Shown in pieces: positions 10,112 to 19,789 of a stretch of DNA of 64,000 bases (its first letter is position 1; each line of letters begins with the position of its first letter). A program made the translations under genes and the position numbers. The notes beneath the pieces were generated by a model. It saw only the letters and a list, made by a program, of their open reading frames with translations, was not told where the DNA came from and ran no database searches. Where the stretch lies: positions 62,001 through 126,000 of the IMG/VR virus record IMGVR_UViG_3300042891_000711. One strand, given 5' to 3'.

Positions 10112-10540
10112 ATGGCAACATATAAAACAGCAATGGGCAAGGCAGTTGATATCGACTCGCTTCGTGTAGCAAATGAAAATGTAATTGCAGTAGGCAATAT
10201 GCGTACTAATGCTCGTGGGGATGAGTTGGGTGCAGGCGGCAAAATATTAAAAACTCGAGCTCAGCTAATGCAGGAATATCATAAATTAAATACTCCGGTT
10301 GCATCGCACGATTATGTAGTTGCATCGACAGCCGACGCCCCAACAAAACCAGTTACAAAACTTGTTACACCAACAGCAGTTGATACACCAGTTGTTACGT
10401 CGGCTGCTGCATCAGTTGAATATACTAAACCTCGTGGTAGTTTTGCTGGTGCAGTTGCTAGTGAAACTGAAGTTAAACAAGAACTATTAACTCCGCTAAC
10501 ACCAACATCAACTACTGCACCGGGCGTTAAACGAATCTAA
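10112..10540 (+). CDS. hypothetical protein
   Basis: AGGAG RBS; TAAATA upstream. Confidence 0.75.
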   Translation: MATYKTAMGKAVDIDSLRVANENVIAVGNMRTNARGDELGAGGKILKTRAQLMQEYHKLNTPVASHDYVVASTADAPTKPVTKLVTPTAVDTPVVTSAAASVEYTKPRGSFAGAVASETEVKQELLTPLTPTSTTAPGVKRI

Positions 10541-10549
10541 AGGAATATT

Positions 10550-10906
10550 ATGGCCGCATTCGAAGCACACAAAATAAACAAGATTAGAGCACTGCAAGAT
10601 CATGTGCTAGTAACTGATATGAACTTTGATCAACGTGTTACTACCAGTGGTATTATTATACAAAACACAGACGGCAAATTAGAAGGTATACACGCACGCT
10701 GGGGTCGAGTATATGCTATTGGTACCAAGCAAAAAGATGTCAAAGTTGGACAATATGTTTTAGTTAAACACGGTCGTTGGACACGTGGTATCGAAATTGA
10801 AGATGCCGCTGGCGAACATACCTTGCGTAGAATTGATCATAATGATATTTTATTAGTTAGAGATACACCAACAGTAGACGAAATTATAGGAAGGGGTTTA
10901 ACATAA
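10550..10906 (+). CDS. groES: GroES-like co-chaperonin
   Basis: IRALQDHVLV...TTSGIII...GRVYAIG...VKVGQYVL. Confidence 0.8.
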   Translation: MAAFEAHKINKIRALQDHVLVTDMNFDQRVTTSGIIIQNTDGKLEGIHARWGRVYAIGTKQKDVKVGQYVLVKHGRWTRGIEIEDAAGEHTLRRIDHNDILLVRDTPTVDEIIGRGLT

Positions 10907-11064
10907 TGCAACATCCAGATCCATGGAAACATCAAGTAGTAAGTTTTGCCAAAAGTGGCCTGCGCATATTGGCAGGCGGCTTTTTATGTGCTAATATATT
11001 AGTAAGTGCTGGGATATTGTTTATTCTGGCAGAAATATTAGGAATCGTAGAGGAATTAGTGTGA
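10906..11064 (+). CDS. small membrane protein (52 aa, not in ORF track)
   Basis: TAATG overlap; MQHPDPWKHQVVSFAKSGLRILAGG...AEILGIVEELV. Confidence 0.7.
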   Translation: MQHPDPWKHQVVSFAKSGLRILAGGFLCANILVSAGILFILAEILGIVEELV

Positions 11065-11225
11065 ACGACTTAGATCAAGTAGTAATTGACCAACATAACC
11101 TAGCACGTCAAGTTGAAGAAGCATTTGGACAATGCAAACTTAGTATAGAAATGCGTAGAATTGCTGACACACTTTCAACTCTCAATAGTCCCTTTAAACC
11201 ATCAACAGCCAAAGGCGAACAATGA
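11061..11225 (+). CDS. small hypothetical protein (54 aa, not in ORF track)
   Basis: GAGGA RBS, GTG start overlapping TGA; MNDLDQVVIDQHNLARQVEE...; ends in ATGA overlap with next gene. Confidence 0.65.
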   Translation: MNDLDQVVIDQHNLARQVEEAFGQCKLSIEMRRIADTLSTLNSPFKPSTAKGEQ

Positions 11226-12145
11226 AACAATTATGGGTAGAAGCACACCGTCCTAAAGACGTAGACGGTTATGTATTTCGTGATGAAACACAACGTGAAC
11301 AGGTCAAGCAATGGATTAAGGAAGGTGCAATACCTCACTTACTATTCAGTGGTAGTGCAGGTATTGGTAAGACCACATTAGCTAAGATTCTTATTACAGC
11401 GTTAAACATTGATGAGTATGATATTTTACAAATCAATGCGTCACGTGATAATGGTGTGGACTTTATCAGGACACGTATCGAAGGCTTTGTGAGTACAATG
11501 CCGTTTGGTAAGTTTAAAATTGTACTATTAGATGAAGCTGATTACTTGAGCCCAGGTGCGCAGGCAGTGTTGCGTGGGCTAATGGAAACATACAGTGATA
11601 CAGCACGTTTTATTATGACCTGTAACTATCCGCACAAGATTATTCCTGCGCTACATAGTCGTTGTCAGGGTTTTCATATTGAGAAAGTTGACCACACTGA
11701 GTTTACAGCCAGGGCCGCAACTGTGTTAGTAACAGAGGGTGTAGACTTTGATTTAGATACATTGGATAGCTACGTTAAGGCAACGTATCCAGACCTGCGC
11801 AAGTGTTTAAACTTGTTACAAATGAACAGTACCGATAATAAACTTAAAGCGCCAAGCGAAACAGGCACGGGCACAAGTGATTACAAACTTGCTATGATTG
11901 ATTTGTTTAAACATGGTAAGATACGTGAAGCACGTAAACTGTTATGCGAACAAGCCCGCCCGGAGGAAATGGAAGAAATTATCTCTTGGGCATACAATAA
12001 CTTGAGCTTATGGAGCAAAACCGATGAAGGACAGGACGAAGCAATATTAATTATTCGTAAAGCCGCAGTTAATGCACCGCTTGTTGCAGATCATGAAATT
12101 AACCTCAGCGCAATGATGATTGAACTAAGTCAGGTGACACAATAA
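11222..12145 (+). CDS. clamp loader AAA+ subunit (RFC/T4 gp44-like)
   Basis: LWVEAHRP, Walker A GSAGIGKTT, INAS, LLDEAD, HSRC, YPDLRK. Confidence 0.93.
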   Translation: MKQLWVEAHRPKDVDGYVFRDETQREQVKQWIKEGAIPHLLFSGSAGIGKTTLAKILITALNIDEYDILQINASRDNGVDFIRTRIEGFVSTMPFGKFKIVLLDEADYLSPGAQAVLRGLMETYSDTARFIMTCNYPHKIIPALHSRCQGFHIEKVDHTEFTARAATVLVTEGVDFDLDTLDSYVKATYPDLRKCLNLLQMNSTDNKLKAPSETGTGTSDYKLAMIDLFKHGKIREARKLLCEQARPEEMEEIISWAYNNLSLWSKTDEGQDEAILIIRKAAVNAPLVADHEINLSAMMIELSQVTQ

Positions 12146-12444
12146 TGGCAGATTTAAGCATTTATCTAATTGCCAAATATACAGGACAACCCAAGGACCC
12201 TAAACAAACTCATAAAGCAGGATATATGAAAGATCCTGCCAATATTGAGTATGAGGAGCAAGTGTACATCACCCGTGGATTGCACAACAAACAGCTTAAA
12301 AACCAAGTGATTTTGAACCTAACCGAAGCCAAAATCATTAAAAACACCTTCAAAAATGCCAATAATTTTGAAGAGCTATTCACACACTATTATGACGGCT
12401 ACGCCGAATATATCGACGAAGCCGTTAATAGTTTAAATGAATAA
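12145..12444 (+). CDS. hypothetical protein
   Basis: Translationally coupled ORF. Confidence 0.7.
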   Translation: MADLSIYLIAKYTGQPKDPKQTHKAGYMKDPANIEYEEQVYITRGLHNKQLKNQVILNLTEAKIIKNTFKNANNFEELFTHYYDGYAEYIDEAVNSLNE

Positions 12445-13006
12445 TATGAAACAGCCAGATTGGTTTTTTAAATCAATCGATGTACCTGAACTAATTGATA
12501 TACAATTAGAACTTACAAGTATTTTACCCACATTAATTCTACCTGCTACAGAATTAACTTTCTTTTATATCAAACGAGAGCTTATACAAGACAATGTTCC
12601 AAGTTATGTAAAACTATTGGATCGGCTAAATGTTTTAGATCGATGGACTTATTCAGCCATAGTTACTACACAGGGTAATCAAGAATTTCCTATACATGTA
12701 GATGCGTTAGATTGGGAAACTAGATGTTATGGATTAAATTTGCCCATATTAAATTGCGAAGATAGTTATACAGTTTGGTATGATGCTCCTATTGATAACA
12801 CTCCTACTACATATGAAGCTGATCCAAGAAATTCTGCTAGATTTTGCAATACAGACTCAGCTGTAGAACTATGTCGAATGCCTGCAACTACGCCTGCATG
12901 GGTAAATATTTCTATTCCACACCGTCCCCAAACAAATCATACAAACTTACGAGCAATCATATCAGCTAGATTTAGCCCCGAAGTCCACGACCTAATTAAC
13001 ACTTGA
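12437..13006 (+). CDS. cupin/2OG-Fe(II) oxygenase-like protein
   Basis: PIHVD...LNLPI...IPH...R pattern. Confidence 0.55.
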   Translation: MNNMKQPDWFFKSIDVPELIDIQLELTSILPTLILPATELTFFYIKRELIQDNVPSYVKLLDRLNVLDRWTYSAIVTTQGNQEFPIHVDALDWETRCYGLNLPILNCEDSYTVWYDAPIDNTPTTYEADPRNSARFCNTDSAVELCRMPATTPAWVNISIPHRPQTNHTNLRAIISARFSPEVHDLINT

Positions 13007-13031
13007 CAAATCCTATTAATTAGTGTATACT
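13003..13031 (+). promoter_or_regulatory. sigma70-type early promoter
   Basis: TTGACA-17 bp-TATACT. Confidence 0.85.
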
Positions 13032-13057
13032 ACATATAGTTAATAAGAAAGGTAAAG

Positions 13058-13657
13058 ATGAGTTACAAAAATAAAAAAATAATATTAACGGACTGCGACG
13101 GTGTACTCTTAGACTGGGAGTATGCGTTTCATGTATGGATGCAAGAGCGTGGATATGTATTACACGAAGATGCCAAACTCACATACTACATTCATTTGAT
13201 GTACAATAACCTAGAACACGATGAAAGTAAGAAGTTAGTACGCTTGTTCAATGAAAGTGCGGCTATGGGCTTTGTACCGGCCTTGCGTGACGCTGTATAC
13301 TATGTTAAACGCTTACATGAAGAATATGGCTATGTGTTTCACTGTATCACTAGTATAAGCAAAGATGTTAATGCACAGAAGTTACGTGCAATGAATCTTA
13401 ATAAGTTGTTTGGTGCTAGTGCATTTGAAGAGATTGTTTGTTTAGATACAGGTGCGGATAAAGATGAAGCACTTGAGAAGTATAGAGCCAGTGAATTATA
13501 CTGGATCGAAGACAAACCCGAAAATGCAGACTTGGGTCATGCAATAGGATTAAAATCAATACTATTCGAACATGGGCACAACATGCATCATGAGTGCCCA
13601 TATCCTGTAGTTAAAAATTGGAAAGAAATCTTTGAGTTAATTACCCAATCGGATTAG
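13058..13657 (+). CDS. HAD-family 5'(3')-deoxyribonucleotidase-like phosphatase
   Basis: ILTDCDGVLLDW motif I, WIEDKPEN motif IV. Confidence 0.85.
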   Translation: MSYKNKKIILTDCDGVLLDWEYAFHVWMQERGYVLHEDAKLTYYIHLMYNNLEHDESKKLVRLFNESAAMGFVPALRDAVYYVKRLHEEYGYVFHCITSISKDVNAQKLRAMNLNKLFGASAFEEIVCLDTGADKDEALEKYRASELYWIEDKPENADLGHAIGLKSILFEHGHNMHHECPYPVVKNWKEIFELITQSD

Positions 13658-14420
13658 CTTCGTTCCACTGTTCTTCAGCAATAATAAATTCACGAACAAA
13701 TCCACTACGTACAATATCATCATGATTGAAGTACACACTACGGAATGATGGTATCATTGCTGCAATCTTCACAAATTTAGCAAAGCCACTGATGTCATTC
13801 TTTTTACGATGTAGGTCGTTTTGTGCAATATCACCACAATAGATAAGTTTAGAGTGTTGTCCGACACGTGTTGCTACTGTTGAAAGTTCTTCGTAGTTAG
13901 CATTTTGGAATTCATCAAAGATAACAATACTATTATCCCAGGTTACACCACGAATGTTGCCCGTAGTGTGAAATTCCACAATGCCTGCTTCTTTTAAGAA
14001 TCTATACTGGTTTGTTTTTCTGAATAAATCATTAAACAGTTGTGTATAAGGCAATTCATAAATTGCATTCTTTTCTTCTTGCGTACCTGGTACATATCCC
14101 TGCTCACGAGCTTGAACTGCACTACGTACAATAATTATTTTTTCATATCCATTAACTTTATCTAGTACATCACACAATGAAAGATATAATGCAATAAAAC
14201 TCTTACCCGACCCTGCCGACCCGGCTAATATCATGGAATAGTCATCATTCCACATATCAAAAACTCGTTCTTGGTTTGTTGTTTTGGGACTTACATTTAC
14301 TAAATCATGACTTGAAAATTTCTTTTGGTTGTATGCGGTTGGTATTGGTATTGGGTTGCTGTCTATAAATCTTACGAATTCACGTGCTTTTGTGCTGGTA
14401 CTGCTTCTGCGTTTTGTCAT
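13641..14420 (-). CDS. phoH: PhoH-like ATPase
   Basis: GSAGSGKS, IIIVRS, GYVPG, RGVT, DEFQN, TRVG, GDIAQ, DIVRSG. Confidence 0.93.
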   Translation of the reverse strand: MTKRRSSTSTKAREFVRFIDSNPIPIPTAYNQKKFSSHDLVNVSPKTTNQERVFDMWNDDYSMILAGSAGSGKSFIALYLSLCDVLDKVNGYEKIIIVRSAVQAREQGYVPGTQEEKNAIYELPYTQLFNDLFRKTNQYRFLKEAGIVEFHTTGNIRGVTWDNSIVIFDEFQNANYEELSTVATRVGQHSKLIYCGDIAQNDLHRKKNDISGFAKFVKIAAMIPSFRSVYFNHDDIVRSGFVREFIIAEEQWNEANPIG

Positions 14421-14727
14421 AGTTCACCATTGTTAGTTAATTAGTTATTAATCTTGCGGTGTGGTAAATGTTTCGCCACTGTTAATTAAAGGTTGGTTGT
14501 TAATTGATATGTGTGTTTGAATACAGTAGTGCAGAGTTTAATTGAGACTGTCCGAATATGCCTTCTTGTAGTGTCAGTGTATTAAAACCGTTGTCGTCTG
14601 AGTGTACAATTTATTAAACTTATGCTATTTCTGTATCGCTTTGTCCTCCTATGTTAAATTTATTTAACTATAAGAAACTGACTGAATGTGCTCAGTTATA
14701 TCAGAGATTTAATTACTAAATACTGAG

Positions 14728-15243
14728 CTAAGAGATCCACTCTGCATAAATTCTATTTCCAGTGTCCCACCTTGCAACAGCCATGTTATAACCAAATAGG
14801 TCAGCAAACTCTATATGTTTCTCTATAGTCCATGGATAGAAGTCTATAAATTTACATTCATCATTATTATGATCGGCTAGTCCAGGATTACAACGCCAAT
14901 AGATACGTGATTTAGGTTTAAGCGAATTAACTACTGCACTGATTTGATTTAAAATATTCTCTTCATTACCAAAATTAATACTGCCTAGACAAAATGCTAC
15001 ATCAAATTTGTTTGTGGAAGTAAATTCTTCTATAGATACTTTAACATCAGCGCAGTCGTTGGCAGGGTCAATGCCCAACAGGTTAGGCATACGTGCCCGG
15101 AATTCATTGAATCCGCACCCCACATCCAATACTAATTCATAAGGCTTTATTTTATCTACCAACTCCCACCCAGAATACTTGTATTGTTTTAGGTTGCTAC
15201 GCCACGTGGTACTAAAATAATTATTAAGTGCTGTTTGATTCAT
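14728..15243 (-). CDS. class I SAM-dependent methyltransferase
   Basis: VLDVGCG motif I, FDVAFCLGS. Confidence 0.85.
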   Translation of the reverse strand: MNQTALNNYFSTTWRSNLKQYKYSGWELVDKIKPYELVLDVGCGFNEFRARMPNLLGIDPANDCADVKVSIEEFTSTNKFDVAFCLGSINFGNEENILNQISAVVNSLKPKSRIYWRCNPGLADHNNDECKFIDFYPWTIEKHIEFADLFGYNMAVARWDTGNRIYAEWIS

Positions 15244-15255
15244 ATAATTACTTAT

Positions 15256-15840
15256 ATGAGCAATTTACCTAATCACATATTTTTTACAGGTGTACCCGGT
15301 TCACGGTGGAGTGGCATAGCACAGGTGTTGGAAACTATTCCGGGTATGAATACCAGCGATCGTACACCAGAGCGCAATTATACACATCACACCTATACAG
15401 GACATGTTGGAGCATACTTTGGCCGAGGCATGGAGTTTGATGCTATTCCTATTGCTAGTTATGTAGATCAAGCATGGACAGAATCGGGTGGGTGTAAGCT
15501 AGTTAAGAGTCATGATTGGGCATATAGATTAAATGAGCTACCTAGCTGGACTATGATGGTCTATCGTCCAGATATGTCGAGTTATGCTTGGTGGCACGAA
15601 GCAGGCGGATTTCAAATCAAATATCCCTGTTATGATGCTTATAAGGATAGTGTAGGGATGATGAATGAGATTATGGCACAGAATAAAGCCATATTAGAAT
15701 TTGGTATGATAAATAACTGTAAGTGGGAGTACTTTACATCCGGGTGGATTAAGGCTAACTTCAACGCAGATGTCAAGGTAACTAACGTCTGGCCAGATAT
15801 TCTAGTTACATTGATTAAAAATAACGTTATAGGAAAATAA
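15256..15840 (+). CDS. P-loop/sulfotransferase-like protein
   Basis: IFFTGVPGSRWSG N-terminal loop, LVKSH; start reassigned to ATG 15256. Confidence 0.55.
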   Translation: MSNLPNHIFFTGVPGSRWSGIAQVLETIPGMNTSDRTPERNYTHHTYTGHVGAYFGRGMEFDAIPIASYVDQAWTESGGCKLVKSHDWAYRLNELPSWTMMVYRPDMSSYAWWHEAGGFQIKYPCYDAYKDSVGMMNEIMAQNKAILEFGMINNCKWEYFTSGWIKANFNADVKVTNVWPDILVTLIKNNVIGK

Positions 15841-15841
15841 A

Positions 15842-16531
15842 ATGAACTCAAAACAATTTGTTGCCAAAATGGCACAAGACAATGAAGCACTATTTCAAGC
15901 AAGTGAAATGAACGTTGAAGCATACTTTGCTAGTAACCCTAGCCAAGAAGCACTAGTAGAACACTTTACTGGTCGTATGGTTAACGAACGTATGAACATG
16001 GTTGAAATCTCAACTAAAGTTGCTAATGCACCCGCTGATACATCAGTAGAAACACTAGCATTATTAAGTAAACAAGCATTAGATGAAGCTAATCACTTCC
16101 GTATGGTTAAAGAAGTTATCGAACACATCACAGGCAAAGAAGTTAATGTTGAAGCGGCTATTCAAGCCGAAGAGGCTAAACCAACTGCTAAAGGTGCTGC
16201 GTTATTAGCTAAGTATGAAGCACAAAACGATCCACTGGCACTTGCTGCATACCAATTCATTGCTGAAGGTCGTGCAGAACGGGTATGGGCTAAAATGGCT
16301 GAATGTATCCAAGACGAATTCATCTCAACTACCTACGCTAAGATTGCTAAAGATGAAGGCTTTCACAGCAACATCGGTCGTCGTAGTTTAGAGTTGTTGG
16401 CTACAGATGCTGATACACAAGCACGTATTGAAGAAATTGCGCAGACAATGCGTATGGACTTGTTTGCTATTAGCTGTATGAACACAACAGCAACAGTAGA
16501 AGCTAAAAAATTAATGGGCGTTACTCACTGA
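15842..16531 (+). CDS. ferritin-like diiron protein
   Basis: Two E...DExxH motifs (DEANH, DEGFH), all-helical. Confidence 0.75.
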   Translation: MNSKQFVAKMAQDNEALFQASEMNVEAYFASNPSQEALVEHFTGRMVNERMNMVEISTKVANAPADTSVETLALLSKQALDEANHFRMVKEVIEHITGKEVNVEAAIQAEEAKPTAKGAALLAKYEAQNDPLALAAYQFIAEGRAERVWAKMAECIQDEFISTTYAKIAKDEGFHSNIGRRSLELLATDADTQARIEEIAQTMRMDLFAISCMNTTATVEAKKLMGVTH

Positions 16532-16556
16532 GCATAATTAATTGTATAAGTTTCAG

Positions 16557-16581
16557 AAAAGGGGCTTAGGTCCCTTTTTTT
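16557..16581 (+). terminator. intrinsic terminator
   Basis: AAAAGGGGC-TTAG-GTCCCTTTT plus T-run. Confidence 0.8.
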
Positions 16582-16596
16582 ACCTCTAGGATTTCG

Positions 16597-16827
16597 ATGA
16601 AAGATTACACAAAGATAGTCAAATGGTTTTCAGCAACAATGATTTTATGTGCTATGCCTTTGCATATTTTGGGTATCACCCCTTGGAACAGTATATTACA
16701 AATTATTGGTGCCTGCGGGTGGGTCTATGTAGGTTTCAAATGGAATGAAAAAAGTTTAATCACTAACTTCTTACCGCAGATCTTTATGATCATCGCCGGT
16801 TTAATTTACTTTGCTTATTACAAATGA
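16597..16827 (+). CDS. small 3-TM membrane protein
   Basis: Hydrophobic; AGGA RBS. Confidence 0.7.
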   Translation: MKDYTKIVKWFSATMILCAMPLHILGITPWNSILQIIGACGWVYVGFKWNEKSLITNFLPQIFMIIAGLIYFAYYK

Positions 16828-17360
16828 ATATAATTATCACACAACGCCAAACTACTATTAACAACATAGTATATGATTGCTTAGATCCGAGTTGGTATAG
16901 TTTTCTCGATAATCATAATGTTATACCAATGCCCAATATTATAGAGGTAGATTTTAATGCCGACTTATTAATATTATCGGGCGGAAATGATACTACTGAT
17001 AGACTGGCAACTGAACAAAACTGTTACAACATTGCTGTAGATAAAAATATTCCAATCATTGGCATTTGTCGAGGTGCATTTGTATTAAATCAACTATACA
17101 ACGGTGCTAATAGAGAGTTACCAGGACATCGTAATGTTGATCATACTATAGAAATGGAGGGCAAAACATTTACAGTTAATAGCTATCATGATATGGGTAT
17201 ATACTTAATCGGTGACGACATAGAAGTTATTGCTGAATCCGATGACGGCATTGAAGCATTCAAGCACACATCGCTGCCCCATTGGGGAATTGTATGGCAT
17301 CCTGAGCGCATGAACAATCCCGTATTGCCCGAAGAAATAGCGGATATGCTCAATGGCTAA
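16824..17360 (+). CDS. class I glutamine amidotransferase / peptidase C26-like
   Basis: LILSGGND, GICRG, VNSYH, WHPE catalytic triad motifs. Confidence 0.9.
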   Translation: MNIIITQRQTTINNIVYDCLDPSWYSFLDNHNVIPMPNIIEVDFNADLLILSGGNDTTDRLATEQNCYNIAVDKNIPIIGICRGAFVLNQLYNGANRELPGHRNVDHTIEMEGKTFTVNSYHDMGIYLIGDDIEVIAESDDGIEAFKHTSLPHWGIVWHPERMNNPVLPEEIADMLNG

Positions 17361-17988
17361 GATGCTAATACTAACTGGTCCGCAAGGCGCTGGCAATCAC
17401 CTATGGAGTAAAATATTCAGCCTACATCCAGAAGTATACGGATGGAAAACTCTGCTAGAAAATTATTGGGAAGCTCATCGTTTTGCAGAACCCTTTGCCC
17501 GACACTGGAAGGACCACAGTCTGTTAGCTGCATTTGATTGGACTCAAAGTGACTATTATTTTACTAGTATTAGTTTACCGTTGGGTATTATTGGCAGTGA
17601 TATTAATCCTATATGGATTGCTGATGTACAAGGATTTGCAACTAATGTGTTAGCACAGGGTGTTGAAGTTGAAATAGCTGTAGTCGGCCGCGATCAAACT
17701 ATACTTGCAAATCAACAGACTCGCATTAGAACACAAAGTACCTTGCCACTGTTCTTAGAACAACTACCTAAACTATCAAATCCAACATTTCTAAGTTACG
17801 AATTATTGTATCTGTATAAACAGGATTATTTAAGAAGTTTAAAACTTAATATACCAGTGGCGCACGATAGTCCTAGACTAAGTGAAATACTAGCAGATGA
17901 TGCTAATACAAAATATGTACACAGCATAGACTATAATGAATTAGACAACGGCAACAAATTTGGAACAACATTTAAAACTAAACCATGA
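17353..17988 (+). CDS. P-loop/sulfotransferase-like protein, paralog A
   Basis: LILTGPQGAGNHLWSKIFS. Confidence 0.6.
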   Translation: MAKMLILTGPQGAGNHLWSKIFSLHPEVYGWKTLLENYWEAHRFAEPFARHWKDHSLLAAFDWTQSDYYFTSISLPLGIIGSDINPIWIADVQGFATNVLAQGVEVEIAVVGRDQTILANQQTRIRTQSTLPLFLEQLPKLSNPTFLSYELLYLYKQDYLRSLKLNIPVAHDSPRLSEILADDANTKYVHSIDYNELDNGNKFGTTFKTKP

Positions 17989-18635
17989 AAAAGTTATTAA
18001 TCATTACTGGCCCACAAGGCAGTGGCAATCATTTATTCAGCCGTATTTTAAGCACACACCCTGATGTAGGCGGCTGGAAAAGTTTACTTGAGCAATATTG
18101 GGTACCCAGCGATTTAGAACCTTTTGCTGAATATTGGGTCTATCCCGAACGTCTTACTGAATCACAGTTTACAGGACACGACTATTGGTTAGCTAATGTT
18201 AGCTGCCCATTCTTTTACGATGGTCGGCGCTACATACCTAAGATACTCGAAGTAGCCCAGCAGGCACGAGGCTTTGGTATAGATGTTAAGATTGCTATCA
18301 TAACCCGCGATAAGAATATTAATGCAGAACAACAGTTACGAGTACGTAAGGAAATAACCACTCCAATTGCGCAAGAATACTACTATAATCATCTGTTAAC
18401 CAGCGATTTTCCTATACATTTCCTGTCAAATGAATCATTATTTTTACACCGCGAGCATTACCTTAAATATATTAGTAAACTAGTAAGTTTCCCTATTGAT
18501 TACACTAATCCAGAAATATTTAAATTTATATCCGAAGATCCCAATGCCAAATATGTCAAGCATGTAGATGAATATTGGTTAGATCAGGAAGTGTGGCAAG
18601 GTGTACAATCGAAGCAAGCTCGCGGAATTGAATAA
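17985..18635 (+). CDS. P-loop/sulfotransferase-like protein, paralog B
   Basis: LIITGPQGSGNHLFSRILS; clearly homologous to upstream ORF. Confidence 0.6.
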   Translation: MKKLLIITGPQGSGNHLFSRILSTHPDVGGWKSLLEQYWVPSDLEPFAEYWVYPERLTESQFTGHDYWLANVSCPFFYDGRRYIPKILEVAQQARGFGIDVKIAIITRDKNINAEQQLRVRKEITTPIAQEYYYNHLLTSDFPIHFLSNESLFLHREHYLKYISKLVSFPIDYTNPEIFKFISEDPNAKYVKHVDEYWLDQEVWQGVQSKQARGIE

Positions 18636-18657
18636 ATAACATAAAGAACCTAATATT

Positions 18658-19224
18658 ATGACCCAAGCAATCACAGACGTTATACAAAATACTAAAGATA
18701 TATTCATGACTGACAGCAGTCTGAATACACTCTTGGACTTTGAACGAGTATTAGACGAACTTGATCTATATGTGTTTAAACATTGGAAAGAGGGTGAACT
18801 GGTGCAAGGACCTGCGTACGAAAAATACTTTGTAACCTGCACATTTATGTGGCCTGCAAAACGTATGCCGGATCCACGTGGTGGCGAGCGGTTACTAAGT
18901 TATGACTGCGAAGTTTACTACAGCAAAGATATGTTAGAATATCCAGTTAAAGTTAAAGAGCCAGATGACTTTGAACCGGGCGGCAAAATGCCTAAGATGA
19001 AAAAAGTTCCAGTCTGGCTAGTTAAAATCGTTATGCCTAAAAAGCTAATGCAAGAAATACAACAAGGTAGTTTGGAATTAGAAAGCGAAACACTGGACCT
19101 TGAGGATGTAAATCAAGCATACGAAGAAGGTGATGACGCAGCAGAAAATATGTCAAGCGAACAACAAGATAATGAGCAAGGCAATGAACAAGGTATCGCA
19201 CAAAATGCACAACAAACAGCTTAA
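18658..19224 (+). CDS. hypothetical late protein
   Basis: TAAATA upstream; LLDFERVLDELD. Confidence 0.75.
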   Translation: MTQAITDVIQNTKDIFMTDSSLNTLLDFERVLDELDLYVFKHWKEGELVQGPAYEKYFVTCTFMWPAKRMPDPRGGERLLSYDCEVYYSKDMLEYPVKVKEPDDFEPGGKMPKMKKVPVWLVKIVMPKKLMQEIQQGSLELESETLDLEDVNQAYEEGDDAAENMSSEQQDNEQGNEQGIAQNAQQTA

Positions 19225-19771
19225 CGAAAACTTAGAAGGCGGCGATTTAAAGCGTCTTGTTCACGACGAGCTACACATCGACGAATACAAAAGTAAAATG
19301 GGCGATGATGCAGATGTCTGTGTGGTCAGTTTTAAGGTAGCCGGTAAAGAACCAGCAATCGACCTAGTTAGCTTTATTGAAAAGGGCTACGATTGGGTAC
19401 TTGATGCGGATGTCAGCTCGGGTGAGAAAGAAGGTGGCGACTACTTGGTGTTTGTTGAACTAGATCGGACTGCGGCATTACCAGAACAAATTTATCAATT
19501 GATTGCAGATATAGTAAACCTAACAGAACAAGATATCACTGATTGGCGTGTGCGTTATTATAAATCCAACAACGAACATGACCTAACTGTTGAAACACTG
19601 GGACAGATTGTGCCATTGTCTCCGGAAAAATATCGTGCCAAGTACGAAAAAGATCAAGAACCGGATAGAGAATTAGATCAACTTAAAACAGCCGCAGGAG
19701 TTGATGTAACCACAACAGCGCCGATTAATGAATATACAGAAAGTTTAAGACGGGCGGCAGGAATAAAATAA
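19205..19771 (+). CDS. hypothetical protein, probably head-associated
   Basis: MHNKQLNE leader; C-terminal LKTAAGV and LRRAAGIK motifs. Confidence 0.7.
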   Translation: MHNKQLNENLEGGDLKRLVHDELHIDEYKSKMGDDADVCVVSFKVAGKEPAIDLVSFIEKGYDWVLDADVSSGEKEGGDYLVFVELDRTAALPEQIYQLIADIVNLTEQDITDWRVRYYKSNNEHDLTVETLGQIVPLSPEKYRAKYEKDQEPDRELDQLKTAAGVDVTTTAPINEYTESLRRAAGIK

Positions 19772-19789
19772 CAACAAGGATTTTCAATT

